From positions 195,287-259,286 of the forward strand of contig CAZKIH010000001.1 in assembly GCA_964552775.1 (NCBI GenBank): DNA of 64,000 nucleotides, read 5' to 3'. How positions within the stretch are numbered: position 1 is the first letter of the stretch; each line of letters opens with the position of its first letter. Below the pieces are notes generated by a model. It was not told the DNA's origin and made no database searches. It worked only from the letters and a program-made list of their open reading frames with translations. The translations under genes were made by a program, and so were the position numbers. This DNA comes from an uncultured Ignavibacteria bacterium. GTDB taxonomy: Bacteria; Zixibacteria; MSB-5A5; CAIYYT01. Positions 10,019-20,431 of the stretch are shown here, piece by piece.

Positions 10019-11131
10019 ATGAACCTGCGTGACATGCTGGTGGAGATGCAGCACCTGGCAGCATCCGACCTGCACTTGCGTGTTGGCATCAAGCCTACCC
10101 TGAGAGTGCACGGCAAACTGGTCCCGATCAACGCGGATCCGATTTCGAAAGAGGCGATGACGGAAATTGTCTCGCAGATACTATCCCCCGAACAGCAGAA
10201 GCGTTTCGCCGCACGCAATGAAATGGATCTGGCGCTCTCCGTCACCAAGCTTGGTCGATTCCGTATCAATCTCTATCGCCAGCGCGGAACTCCCGGTATT
10301 GCCATCCGTGCCGTCAATACCCTGGTTCCCTCTTTTGAAGATTTGAATCTCCCTGAAGTAATCGCGGAATTGTGCGATGCCAGACGTGGATTGGTGATTG
10401 TCACCGGCACTACCGGTTCTGGCAAGTCTACGACATTGGCTGCAATCATCGAGTATCTCAATTCGAACCGCGCCGAGAATATTGTCACGATCGAAGACCC
10501 CATCGAATATATCTACAAAGATAAGAAGTCGATCATCTGCCAGCGCGAGGTCGGCGCCGATTCCGAAAATTTTGCGGCGGCGCTGCGGCATGCCTTTCGA
10601 CAGGACCCAGACGTTATCCTGATCGGTGAAATCCGTGACGCCGAAACGATGGGTATCGCTTTGGCGGCTGCAGATACTGGCCATTTGGTCCTGACTACGC
10701 TGCACACGATGAACGTCGTCGAAACGATCACGCGCGTGATCTCGTTTTTCCCGCCTCATCAGCATCAGCAAATTCGTTTGCTGATGGCCGGTACGCTCAA
10801 GGCGATTGTCTGTCAGCGTCTCCTGCCGCGCGCCGACATGCCGGGGCGAGTGCCTGCGGTGGAAGTTGCTGTCTCGACGGGCGCTATTCGCGACTGCATC
10901 ATCGACCCGATGAAAACGTCGTCGATCATCGAGTTTATCGAGGGCGGCAACGTGCAGTACGGTATGCAATCATTTGATCAATCGATCATGAAATTGTACC
11001 GCGCCGGACAGATCACTTACGAAGATGCCATGCGCAACGCCAGCAACCCGGATGACTTTGATCTGCGCATCAAGGGCATAACGGGATCGTCAGAGACGGC
11101 ATGGACGGCGTTCTCCGCAGGACAGCATTAG
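10019..11131 (+). CDS. pilT: type IV pilus retraction ATPase PilT
   Basis: 370 aa with Walker A GTTGSGKSTTLAAII, Walker B VILIGEIRD and the PilT-family AIRDCIIDP motif. Confidence 0.9.
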   Translation: MNLRDMLVEMQHLAASDLHLRVGIKPTLRVHGKLVPINADPISKEAMTEIVSQILSPEQQKRFAARNEMDLALSVTKLGRFRINLYRQRGTPGIAIRAVNTLVPSFEDLNLPEVIAELCDARRGLVIVTGTTGSGKSTTLAAIIEYLNSNRAENIVTIEDPIEYIYKDKKSIICQREVGADSENFAAALRHAFRQDPDVILIGEIRDAETMGIALAAADTGHLVLTTLHTMNVVETITRVISFFPPHQHQQIRLLMAGTLKAIVCQRLLPRADMPGRVPAVEVAVSTGAIRDCIIDPMKTSSIIEFIEGGNVQYGMQSFDQSIMKLYRAGQITYEDAMRNASNPDDFDLRIKGITGSSETAWTAFSAGQH

Positions 11132-11161
11132 CATAGCCCCCAACACCCTTTTTCTATAAGG

Positions 11162-11190
11162 AGTCCGAGCCGCAAGGCTCGGACTTTTTT
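11162..11190 (+). terminator. rho-independent terminator after pilT
   Basis: agtccgagcc-gcaa-ggctcggact 10-bp stem followed by ttttt. Confidence 0.6.
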
Positions 11191-11201
11191 GTGGGCTTAT
11201 C

Positions 11202-11888
11202 TTACCTCGAAATCACCCAGCCAATCGACAGCGAGAATTCGGTGGTGGTGAGATTGTCCGGCTTGCTGCTTCCGAAGTACGACCCGTAGCCTGAGGCGAC
11301 TGCTCTGTACTGCGCACCCTGCTTGCCCATGAACTTGTGTGTAAATCCGAACCGCCATGCCATTGGAAAACCGTCGCTGGTCAGAATCAAGACGTCCATT
11401 TCGAGCACAAGACCGAGGTAGTGCTTCGTGCCGATGTCATACTTCCCGCCACCGTTGTTCAGTTGCCAGTCTTCACCGAATCCGGCAAACACGAGACCCC
11501 CGCCGAGATTGAAGAAACCGTAATGCGCGTACGACACTGTGCGCAGCAGTGCAATCTCGACTGACCAAAGTTCGCGATCTTCGTCGAACCATTCATCGAT
11601 TGGAGTGTGGTCGGGGAAGTCTGTGTAGCGCCTTTCCATCACAGCGGCCTGTTTGGTGAAGCGATCAAATTCGAGTTTGAGTGTGGCTTTGGTGGCAATA
11701 CGTTTCGACAGAGTGAACCCATATCCCCGCGGATCGCCGATGAGTTTGTTGTCAGTGAAGACTTGTGTACCATTCAAATCGAGTTGCAGATTCGGTAGGC
11801 GTTCCTGTGCGGATGCAGATGCAGCGAGCAACGCAATCACAATCCCGACCTTTAGCATATAGCCGACTCCTTTCATCGATCCATGCAA
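11202..11888 (-). CDS. small outer-membrane beta-barrel protein (porin-family fold, hypothetical)
   Basis: Signal peptide (VGIVIALLAASASAQE) followed by alternating amphipathic strands rich in aromatic residues. About 228 aa. Confidence 0.55.
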   Translation of the reverse strand: MHGSMKGVGYMLKVGIVIALLAASASAQERLPNLQLDLNGTQVFTDNKLIGDPRGYGFTLSKRIATKATLKLEFDRFTKQAAVMERRYTDFPDHTPIDEWFDEDRELWSVEIALLRTVSYAHYGFFNLGGGLVFAGFGEDWQLNNGGGKYDIGTKHYLGLVLEMDVLILTSDGFPMAWRFGFTHKFMGKQGAQYRAVASGYGSYFGSSKPDNLTTTEFSLSIGWVISR

Positions 11889-12080
11889 TGATGACGAAGA
11901 CGTCGCTGTTTCGTGCAGGAATCAAATCGTACCTGGGTGCGAACTGAGCTCGAGGCCGTGAACTTGTGATCGGATTTGTGTCAATTCAAGTTGCCAAAAC
12001 AGCGAGTATTTTGTATTCTTTAGACATAACTACATATCAATTGGGCCGAACGGTTGTCAGCCGGTCTAATGGAGTTGATC

Positions 12081-13532
12081 ATGCGAATCAGTAAGCACTT
12101 GTTGATTCCGGTGTTGCTCACCGTGGCAATGATTGGACCCAGATTAGACGCGCAAGACCCTGGAATAGCCGACACACTGAGACTTGGAACCGATAGCTGC
12201 AGCGTCAAGTCCACGAATCCGTCGGCCACAGTGCCGGTGTTCTTGTTCAATGACGAAGGCGTTTCCTCTGTTACTCTCCCGCTTCTGATCAATGGCTTTT
12301 CCGGCTGGGCGACTCTCGATTCAATTTCCTACAGCGGTAGCCGCCTGGAGGACCCAGCAATACTTGACACTCGACAATTTCAACTTGTCGTAAACGACAC
12401 GATTGCGGTGGCAAAGTGGTTAATTACGTTCACAACCGGAGGCGGAACGAATCTGCCTGCAGGCGGCGGTAAACTGTGCGAACTATGGTTTCGACCGCGA
12501 TTCGGTGGGACTGTCGTTTTGGATACGTGCGATATTGCAGTATTGATCTTGGCTGATGAGACAGCAAATGTGTTCGCTCCGCAGTTCGAGTCAGGAGAAA
12601 TTGAGATTGCCTGCGATTACTTAGCTGGTGATACCGATTACGGCTCCGGGATAAACTCCCTAGACGTCCTCCGCATCCACAAATGCCTTCTTGGGCACTT
12701 TTGGGGAGCTGCTGGGTGGTTGCAGTCATTCGACCTGAATTGCGACCGTCGGATGGATTTGAGAGATGTCAATGACCTGGTTGAGTACGTATTCTATGCC
12801 GGACCTCCACCCTGCGCATGTGGCGGCTATTCTCCAGGTATCTACAATGACCCTGGATTGCGCGATACACTGTCCTTCAATTCCGACACTCTCTATGTCG
12901 GGATATCGAAATACGTCGATTTTAATCTTTTCAATGATGAGATAATTCAGGGTTTCAGCTTTGCGTGGGAATGGGACGGTACTGCCAGCGTAACTCCTCC
13001 AACGAGAAAAAGCGAGTATTCGGCTCTACCGAGAATCAATCCCGAATATAGATATACCCTTACCAACTATATGGGCCTCGCGCCACCTGGCACAGATCCC
13101 GGTGGATTCACGTTGAGCAGTTGGACTTTTGAGATAGACACACTCATTACTCCCGGTTCAGGCCCGATTTTCACCCTGCTCTTCACTCCTCTTGCTCCGG
13201 GCACGCTCACGTTCAGGTTGGTACATTATGAACCACCCGGTAACTCGGAGTCAATGCTTACCGGGATGGAGAATACTGCTATCGTGCCGGTCTTTGTTAG
13301 CGGAACGATCACAGTCTTGCCTTACTTGTGTGGTGACGCCGACAAGAACGGACTGGTGAATATCAGCGACGTTGTCTTCTTGATTAACTACATCTTCTCC
13401 GGTGGCGCCGCGCCGAATCCGATAGCAGCTGGCGACGCCAATTGCAGTGGCATCATCAATATCTCTGACGCAGTTTACTTAATCAACTATGTCTTTGGCG
13501 GCGGTCCCGCGCCGTGCGCGGCATGTCCTTGA
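12081..13532 (+). CDS. secreted protein with internal and C-terminal dockerin-like Ca-binding pairs
   Basis: Signal peptide at MRISKHLLIPVLLTVAMIGP (ATG at 12081 preferred over 12054). An internal segment reads GDTDYGSGINSLDVLRIHKCLLG...LNCDRRMDLRDVNDLVEYVFYAG. The C-terminus is CGDADKNGLVNISDVVFLINYIFSGGAAP...GDANCSGIINISDAVYLINYVFGGGPAPCAACP. Confidence 0.7.
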   Translation: MRISKHLLIPVLLTVAMIGPRLDAQDPGIADTLRLGTDSCSVKSTNPSATVPVFLFNDEGVSSVTLPLLINGFSGWATLDSISYSGSRLEDPAILDTRQFQLVVNDTIAVAKWLITFTTGGGTNLPAGGGKLCELWFRPRFGGTVVLDTCDIAVLILADETANVFAPQFESGEIEIACDYLAGDTDYGSGINSLDVLRIHKCLLGHFWGAAGWLQSFDLNCDRRMDLRDVNDLVEYVFYAGPPPCACGGYSPGIYNDPGLRDTLSFNSDTLYVGISKYVDFNLFNDEIIQGFSFAWEWDGTASVTPPTRKSEYSALPRINPEYRYTLTNYMGLAPPGTDPGGFTLSSWTFEIDTLITPGSGPIFTLLFTPLAPGTLTFRLVHYEPPGNSESMLTGMENTAIVPVFVSGTITVLPYLCGDADKNGLVNISDVVFLINYIFSGGAAPNPIAAGDANCSGIINISDAVYLINYVFGGGPAPCAACP

Positions 13533-13657
13533 TTGGCAGGGCAGTTCAATAGAAGCGGAGTACGGTTGGCGCAAGACTGATTCACGATAACAACGCCGAA
13601 ATCCCACATTCTCATGCGACGTCGATACGGTTTCGTGTTACTATAGTTTCTCCTCAA

Positions 13658-15364
13658 CTACAGGCCAGAGATCGCCATCCCGCCCGGAAATTCGACCTCA
13701 TAGTCAATTGACACTGTAGCCTTTTCGCCCGGAGCGAGCTTGATCGTCCACTGCGCGTGTTTTTGTGCGTCGGTAGAGACTGGAGAAGGCGAAGTCGACT
13801 TGATTTCGACCTTAATACGACTGTCGTTGCTGACTGGCAGTGCTTCTTCCAACTTGATAATGCGTTCAGAGTTTGAATTGTTCGTGAGGTTGATGCTGAT
13901 AGTCTCAGCCAGCAAGCGCTTCTCGCCATTCACTTTCTGTCTGCGATTCAATATTTCGCGCTTGATTGCGATCGCGTCCTCTATTCCAAATGCCATTTCG
14001 AATTCCTGCTCAGCGAGTATCAATCCCGGCGAGTTAAGCACACCAACATAATCACCGCCAACGAAGAGATTGAACCGACCCGGCAGGAGTGGAATACCAG
14101 TCTTGTTGATTAGCTTAAGTGAGCGAAACGCGTGCTGTTGATTCTGAGTTCTCGCGATCAGGGTCTCCTCGCCGTCAAGGGTCCACTGCGCAATCGGGAT
14201 TCGCGCAACCTTGTCGGCAGACTTGATAGTCTCTTTGCGCGTCACAACGAATTGCGTGGAGTACGCAGAGGCATCACTGGAGACACCGACGAGCCCGGAA
14301 TATGAAACAGCATCTTCAGCGCTCGCCCCTCCCATCGAGTCCTGAACCTGAACACCATCGACAACATACGTTTCATCACTGCTCCTCCCGCCACGGAAGT
14401 GGATCTGCCCAAATGGTTCTACTGACTGCGGTGAGATCAGGTTTCGCTCAGAAGTCACGATATTAACTTTCTGTTCGACCAGACCTATAGTGCGAGTTTG
14501 GAGGTCTCCCGGAGTGGCGGTGCGATTTGGCTGTGCCGTCGAAAGGACGAGTTGGACATCCGTCCAGTCTTCGCCGGTGGTTTGAGCCACCTGGCCAAAA
14601 TAGCTGACCTCAACTTTGCCGCCATCAAGGAGTCGTGCATTGTAGAGTGGTGACCATGTCGCCCTCGGCACCATGTATTCGAGCGAAACTTCGAAACTCG
14701 CAGAGCGTACCATTTCGACATCAATCACAACTTCATGGTGTCTCAATTTGCTGCTGGACCTGATCTTCTCTAACTGTGCTGCCAGCTCCAGCCGATGGGA
14801 ATTTGGCACTTCCCTATTCAGTTTGACAACGCGAATCGAGTCGATCACACGACTGAGAGACTTGCTGATGAACAAGTAGGCTGATTCCCAGCTTTGTGCA
14901 TCGAAAGTGGACTTCGAAAGATCGCCGCTGAGCGCTTGAGTTCCGCCGGCAACAAATTGCTCCAGCATCTCCTTCTGCTTGGCCAAGACCGCAAGTCTGT
15001 CATCGAAGGCTGAAAGGACAATATTGTTGAGGCTGTCGATTGAGCGTACCAGTCTTCGTTCCTCGCTCCCATCAATACTACCCTGGATTATCTGATGACT
15101 GAGCCCAAGAATCTCAGCGGCAGAGCTTGTTGTGGATGCCCGCAGCGATGCTTCCTCAGCGTCGAGTGGTACCTTGCCAAATGTGAGCCTGTGACTGCCG
15201 GTTTCCAGGCTCAAAGTTGCACTGCGAGTGACAATCGCCCGATCTCGATATACGGTAACGGCCGTGATTTTAGAGTCCACGGGCGGTTCAGCAGCCACGA
15301 GCGTCGTTGCGAGGGCTGCAAGGGCGATTGCGACGCTGCCAATCTGGTTCTTACAAAATTTCAT
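13658..15364 (-). CDS. DUF4139/DUF4140 family protein (mucoidy-inhibitor MuiA-like)
   Basis: Signal peptide, then the characteristic N-terminal ITAVTVYRDRAIVTRSATL motif of this family. 568 aa. Confidence 0.65.
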   Translation of the reverse strand: MKFCKNQIGSVAIALAALATTLVAAEPPVDSKITAVTVYRDRAIVTRSATLSLETGSHRLTFGKVPLDAEEASLRASTTSSAAEILGLSHQIIQGSIDGSEERRLVRSIDSLNNIVLSAFDDRLAVLAKQKEMLEQFVAGGTQALSGDLSKSTFDAQSWESAYLFISKSLSRVIDSIRVVKLNREVPNSHRLELAAQLEKIRSSSKLRHHEVVIDVEMVRSASFEVSLEYMVPRATWSPLYNARLLDGGKVEVSYFGQVAQTTGEDWTDVQLVLSTAQPNRTATPGDLQTRTIGLVEQKVNIVTSERNLISPQSVEPFGQIHFRGGRSSDETYVVDGVQVQDSMGGASAEDAVSYSGLVGVSSDASAYSTQFVVTRKETIKSADKVARIPIAQWTLDGEETLIARTQNQQHAFRSLKLINKTGIPLLPGRFNLFVGGDYVGVLNSPGLILAEQEFEMAFGIEDAIAIKREILNRRQKVNGEKRLLAETISINLTNNSNSERIIKLEEALPVSNDSRIKVEIKSTSPSPVSTDAQKHAQWTIKLAPGEKATVSIDYEVEFPGGMAISGL

Positions 15365-15567
15365 GCTCTCCTCCTTTAGAAAATGCAGGATGAATCAAAA
15401 AAGTCAGGGTGGCGGTGAATGAAGGGTATATCCGACAGGTGCAACATTGCGCGTTGCATTTCGTTTCTGCTCGGAATTATCATCAAAATCAGGCTATACT
15501 GTGGCATAGTTAAGACGTCCCGGGACTCTGGTTGTGTAATCACCAACCATACAGTGCACCGACTCCT

Positions 15568-15894
15568 TTATTCCCACGATTGTTTGAAACCTGAACGATA
15601 CCAAGTCGACCACTCGGCGGGAGTGCTAAAGTTCTCTTTTGTTTCAGCCACAAGCGCGCTCAAGGCGCTTTGCTTCTCTTCCGCGCTCCCGACCCAGAGC
15701 AGGTTAATCAGCATGCGCAGGACGATCCGATCCCGATTCGAACGAAGGTACTCGCGCAGTTGACCTGCCCGGTCGGCCCCGGTGGGCAGGCCGAAACGAC
15801 TATCAAATGCCGGTGCGCCTGGAAGAATGGACATGATCTCACGATCGTACTGCCCTGCAATATGGCTGGACACACTGGGTATGCTATCGATCAA
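15568..15894 (-). CDS. hypothetical ORF in the same frame as, and contiguous with, the upstream 15955..17139 gene across a single TGA
   Basis: The track start is TTG. Twenty stop-free codons connect it to the TGA at 15955..15957. See the finding on this site. Confidence 0.25.
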   Translation of the reverse strand: MIDSIPSVSSHIAGQYDREIMSILPGAPAFDSRFGLPTGADRAGQLREYLRSNRDRIVLRMLINLLWVGSAEEKQSALSALVAETKENFSTPAEWSTWYRSGFKQSWE

Positions 15895-15954
15895 TCGGGT
15901 CCAGAGTTGAAGCGAGAGAATATCCTTGACGACATCGTTCTGCGCATCGGACGA

Positions 15955-17139
15955 TCATTCTTGCCAGAATCGACAAGCTTCTTTCAGTTCAATTTCGTCA
16001 TGAATGTTGACGCGATGTGGGGTCAGACCTGAAACTGCGTCAAGGTATGTTATCAAGATAGGCCAAAACGCTTGGTGGTATTGGTTCGTAGTGTCGAGAA
16101 GAGACGGAAGTTTGGAGACAATGAGACGAGCAACATGCAGACTTGGCACAGAAAAGATGGGCAAGTGTACGTCACGCGCGGTCCCCTGTAGGATCAAAGC
16201 ATCGTATTGAATCATCCTCGGAGCTTCACCCTTGATGATCGTGTCTTTGATCTTGCGACAGGGGATTATGAAGTCGCATTCCGGTTGGCCGTCCCAAAAT
16301 GAAAATGGCCAGGCATCTCGATCCGCCTGGGCTACCGTGCAAACATTGGCATTCCCCAGCCAAAGGCTGTCGAGATAGGACACGACGTAATATGTAGAAT
16401 CACTCTGATTGTCCGCCTGTTTACGGACGCGACCGCGCCACAAGTGAGCCGCACCGTAATAGGCGAGCAATCTGGAATCGGGATGTATTTCATGATATCC
16501 GGCAATACGCAGTGAAATAGCAAGATCGCGTTCGTGCACAAAGTAGGCACCGCGCTTCTCAAAAGACCAGTCCGAGACGGCGATAGTTGGTTCGCCAGCA
16601 AATAGCGTTAAGCTCAGTGTTTCAGGACTCGAGAAATCCTGATTTCTTCTTGTGACACGGTGCAGAATGTTGCCGAGTCTCCAGTAGTATTCAATCTCCG
16701 CAGTCGTAAATGTTTCGGAACATATGTGACTGATATCAGCAAGATGCGCAAAGTCCCAGGACTCCATGTATGCTCGTGCGCGCCCCAATTGCAGAGAATC
16801 ACATTCCAGGACCAAAGTGATGTCCGTCAGTCCATTTAACTGTGTTACAAATCTATCGGCAGGCGCTTGAGACCAGTAATCGAGGAAATCAATTACGGCA
16901 TTCTTGTACTGCCATTGACCGTGCGCCATGTCACCGACAAAGAGAATCGTGCTCCCCCCAAGCAGCGCGGCGATAAATTCGCTGATATTGCAGGACGCAT
17001 CTCGTTCGAGGACTTCTCCTAATGCCGGATGACTGTGATTCGGATTGCTGGAGCATGAACATGTTATGATCAGGCTGACAATCAGCGCCGAAATCAATAA
17101 GCGGGGCCTGCTAACGATGCGGAGACATGCCTGGTCCAT
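15955..17139 (-). CDS. secreted hypothetical protein, possibly of the TIKI/TraB/ChaN/erythromycin-esterase superfamily
   Basis: Signal peptide, an N-terminal ILFVGDMAHGQ segment and a C-terminal YYGAAHLWRG (GxxH) segment reminiscent of that superfamily; a weak call. It terminates with TGA. Confidence 0.5.
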   Translation of the reverse strand: MDQACLRIVSRPRLLISALIVSLIITCSCSSNPNHSHPALGEVLERDASCNISEFIAALLGGSTILFVGDMAHGQWQYKNAVIDFLDYWSQAPADRFVTQLNGLTDITLVLECDSLQLGRARAYMESWDFAHLADISHICSETFTTAEIEYYWRLGNILHRVTRRNQDFSSPETLSLTLFAGEPTIAVSDWSFEKRGAYFVHERDLAISLRIAGYHEIHPDSRLLAYYGAAHLWRGRVRKQADNQSDSTYYVVSYLDSLWLGNANVCTVAQADRDAWPFSFWDGQPECDFIIPCRKIKDTIIKGEAPRMIQYDALILQGTARDVHLPIFSVPSLHVARLIVSKLPSLLDTTNQYHQAFWPILITYLDAVSGLTPHRVNIHDEIELKEACRFWQE

Positions 17140-17272
17140 TCGAATGGCTCGGAATCCTTTGTGGGCGATTGAATCTATGTTACATCAGGCATGATAGATG
17201 ATCCCAGACTTGGGATCAAGTGCAATTGGCGAGTCTTGAGCTGGGCAGATCTTTGTCGCTGAGTTGATGGAC

Positions 17273-18514
17273 TCAGCGGACTGATGCTGAAAGAGTGCGA
17301 AGATATGGTACTTGCGCACTCAGACCGATTTTGGAGAGATATTCAAGGTTTGCGTGAGTAAATTTGGGGTCGCGGTCTGGAACCTTGCTGTCATAATCAA
17401 ATGCGTTGGCAATGTGTACCGAGGCCAGAACATTTATCATTGGGCATGCGCTCAATTGGGGCGTGTTGTGCAGTGTGACAGCTTCGAGAATCAAGTCGGA
17501 CAAGCCCCAGAGCGATAGAAGATGTGCGCCAATCTCGCAGTGGCTTACGCCGAAAACTTGTCGTTCGGCTTCATGCAATGGAATGCTGTCCTGCTTGGCA
17601 ATCGCAAGTGCTTTCGAGAGCTCGTCGCGAAAGTTGGTGAGCATGACCAGTTTACCGATATCGTGGAGCATTCCCGCCATTAGTGCATCCTCTGCCTGCT
17701 TGCGCCCCAGTCCAAAGGCGTTAGCGATATGACGAGCAGAGGTTCCGACTGCCAGACTGTGGTCATAGATCTTTTCAATTGAAAAATCCGGCAAACCGGC
17801 GTCGTGAAACTGACTGAAGATCCCAGCGGTGAGTACGAGACTCTTGACAGTATCCATCCCCAGTAGGTTTGCGGCCTGGAGAGGGTTTTCGACTCGGGTC
17901 GGCAGCCCGAAAAACGCAGAATTCGTCATTTGGAGCAACTTTGCCGTAATGCTTACATCCTGCCTGATCAGATTGGCAACCCGCTGCATCGAGGCCGTTT
18001 CAGACTGCATTTCTGCGACAAGTTCATTGTAGATACCCGGTAAGGTCGGCAGTGAGTTGATTTGAGCAATTCGAGCATGCAGCTTACTGTCTGTGAGAAC
18101 AACGCGCATGGCCAGGGAATTGCTGATCTGCATGCGCAACGTTTCAGACTTCACCGGCTTGCTGATTAGCTGGTGGGCATGAGCCATAGCTTTCATTAGC
18201 TGTCCCCGATTTTCACCGGCCGTCAGGACAATTCGTACTATTCCGGGATGTGATTCGCGGACTTGTTCCAATAAGTGCGCCGCTTCCATGTCGGTAAGTT
18301 CGAGTTCTGAGATGATGACATCGTAATAGGCATTGCTGAGCGCTGCCAGCGCTTCTGCGCCATCTGGAACAAATCTTAGATTCCAGCCGGACTCCGGCCG
18401 GCACAGACCGAACTGGAGATCATCAGCAATATCATGTTGTCCTACGAGGAGTAAAGTCTGGGATGACATCACTTTCCTTTCGGTAGCAGAATTCTGGCTA
18501 TCTTGGCGGACCAA
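17273..18514 (-). CDS. response regulator with receiver domain fused to an HDOD domain
   Basis: N-terminal REC domain (LLVGQHDIADDL...DVIISELELTDMEAAHLL...IVLT). C-terminal HDOD (HSLAVGTSARHIA...LMAGMLHDIGKLVM). Confidence 0.8.
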   Translation of the reverse strand: MVRQDSQNSATERKVMSSQTLLLVGQHDIADDLQFGLCRPESGWNLRFVPDGAEALAALSNAYYDVIISELELTDMEAAHLLEQVRESHPGIVRIVLTAGENRGQLMKAMAHAHQLISKPVKSETLRMQISNSLAMRVVLTDSKLHARIAQINSLPTLPGIYNELVAEMQSETASMQRVANLIRQDVSITAKLLQMTNSAFFGLPTRVENPLQAANLLGMDTVKSLVLTAGIFSQFHDAGLPDFSIEKIYDHSLAVGTSARHIANAFGLGRKQAEDALMAGMLHDIGKLVMLTNFRDELSKALAIAKQDSIPLHEAERQVFGVSHCEIGAHLLSLWGLSDLILEAVTLHNTPQLSACPMINVLASVHIANAFDYDSKVPDRDPKFTHANLEYLSKIGLSAQVPYLRTLSASVR

Positions 18515-18699
18515 CGCGAAGCCGTTGGCGGCTAACGATCACGCTCAATTGGGTCTGTTTGCTCAGTAAATCAGTCAGGCGCAAGCCCCACCAGGCTGCA
18601 TAGGGGCAACCGAGGTCGCACCGGTCAGTAGATTTATCGGGAGACCTGTACGGCCGCTTAACCTCACTTTGCGAAAATTTCCCAAGTTGCTGACCGAAG

Positions 18700-20235
18700 T
18701 TAGTCGCAACGAGGGATCGCGCCGCCGAACATGAGGTACCGCACAATAAGGACCGCATCAGAAATCGTGATCACCCCACTGCTGTTGGAATCACCGTTGC
18801 TAAGTGTTAGCGGAGGTTGTCCGTCTGCAAATATGTACTCAATTAGGAAGATTGGATCGCCCAGCTCGATACTGCCGTTGCCGTCCGCATCGCCGCAGAC
18901 AATTTCTACCGTAGGTACGGAGAACGAATATGCGACAATCTCCAAGTTATTCTGATCTCGACCGCTCCATGACACGGTTATCGTTGAATCTCCGTCGTCA
19001 GCAACGAACATGAGCCCGAACTGCCCTCTTCCCGGAAAGGCACCGTGACTGTATGGGCCGCCCTTCAGACTTCCCGTTTGGTCCAATGCCGCGGCATGAA
19101 ACACTGGGAACGCAGCTCCTCCAGCGGTGGCATAGTCGCTATTGGTGCCGTCGTCGATCGCGATCATATGCGCGTCCCCGGAGAGCATGCAGAGTCCGCG
19201 GATATGGTTCTGCTCAATGAAATCCGCTAATTCACGACGCTCATTCGTGTAAAGATACCAGCCATCATCCCCAGTCGATCCGATCCAAGGCAGCGTATTT
19301 ATCCAGACAATTAGCGGAAAACGGCCATTTGCTCGAAGGAGTTGCTGCCGAAACCAGGCTTTCTGAGATTGTCCAAGCATGGTTTTGGCGGGCGTGTCGG
19401 CGGCGCCGGCAGGACTTCTGGCGGAACGAGAGTCGCAGACGATGAAGCGTACGCGACCAATTGTGAAAGCATAGTTGATCGACACGTTCCCGGACCCGGC
19501 TGCAAGCGGATAGTGAGGGAAGACTTCCTGATAAGTCACTCGAGCCGCCAATCTGCTCAGTGAGGTCGAATCAGAGTTATTGGGTCCGTAATCATGGTCA
19601 TCCCAGATATAAGCCGTGGTGACCTCGTGATAAAGAGCGGCCTGAACTGGAGAAGCCAGTATCGATTCGTATGCCTGTCGATACAAGTTCATGTCGTTGC
19701 TGGCGATATTTTGGTAATGCATGTCGCCCAAATGGAAGAATAGATCGGGGTGCAGTTCTCTGATTGTCTCAAAGACGGTATTGGTCGAACCGGTTTGAGC
19801 ACACGATCCAAATGCCAATGTGAATGACGAAGCACCCGACGGAAAGGTCTTGGCCATCCCGACCGAATTTGTGTCACCTAAACCGTTAATTTCAAATCCG
19901 TAGTAATATTGAGTTGCTGATAACAAGCCGGTGACCAGCAAAGTGACAATGCCGTTGTTTTGGTCGGTGATAGATGTAGCTGGCTCGGAGTATGTTGGGT
20001 ATGTGAGATCCGGAGACGTGCTGACGATCAGTCGCACGACAGAGCCATCAGAAAAGGCCTTGGCTTTCACCTGAAATGAAGAATCCGTTGTTGCTCCTGA
20101 CCAAAACCATTTGACCTGCACGGCATGACACCTACCTCCCATAAGTGCAAGCCCAATTACGACAACCCAAACGGCGTTTCGTACCGGAATTGAAGGCTGA
20201 AACAAATCCATGGAGAAAGCGGATATCATCGACAC
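18700..20235 (-). CDS. PhoD-like metallophosphatase with C-terminal dockerin-like pair
   Basis: Signal peptide; FAFGSCAQTG...LFFHLGDMHYQN and IWDDHDYGPNNSD motifs of PhoD-like phosphatases. The C-terminus is CGDADGNGSIELGDPIFLIEYIFADGQPP...NGDSNSSGVITISDAVLIVRYLMFGGAIPRCD. Confidence 0.8.
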   Translation of the reverse strand: MSMISAFSMDLFQPSIPVRNAVWVVVIGLALMGGRCHAVQVKWFWSGATTDSSFQVKAKAFSDGSVVRLIVSTSPDLTYPTYSEPATSITDQNNGIVTLLVTGLLSATQYYYGFEINGLGDTNSVGMAKTFPSGASSFTLAFGSCAQTGSTNTVFETIRELHPDLFFHLGDMHYQNIASNDMNLYRQAYESILASPVQAALYHEVTTAYIWDDHDYGPNNSDSTSLSRLAARVTYQEVFPHYPLAAGSGNVSINYAFTIGRVRFIVCDSRSARSPAGAADTPAKTMLGQSQKAWFRQQLLRANGRFPLIVWINTLPWIGSTGDDGWYLYTNERRELADFIEQNHIRGLCMLSGDAHMIAIDDGTNSDYATAGGAAFPVFHAAALDQTGSLKGGPYSHGAFPGRGQFGLMFVADDGDSTITVSWSGRDQNNLEIVAYSFSVPTVEIVCGDADGNGSIELGDPIFLIEYIFADGQPPLTLSNGDSNSSGVITISDAVLIVRYLMFGGAIPRCD

Positions 20236-20431
20236 CCTATGTTGAATGCGCTTACGTTAGTATTCGAAAATTCAGCTGAAATTGCAACTGCGAATGACAC
20301 GGGGAGTCACAGAAATCCTTCGTGTTGGCTGATTATAATTGCGTTAAATCACCTTGCTTCCCTTTTCAGAATCGCGTACTCTATCCCGCGTAAGTCGGCA
20401 CTTGGCTACGACTATTGGTCAGGAGAAGGAA

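Noticed and set aside
15670-16032. 120-aa plus-strand ORF overlapping the TGA junction region.
   Set aside because: It is antisense to two better-supported minus-strand ORFs and has poor protein-like composition.
18515-18699. 185-nt GC-rich intergenic stretch between the HDOD regulator and PhoD-like genes that might hide a small RNA.
   Set aside because: No recognisable structure or conserved motif by eye; spurious 86-aa ORF only.
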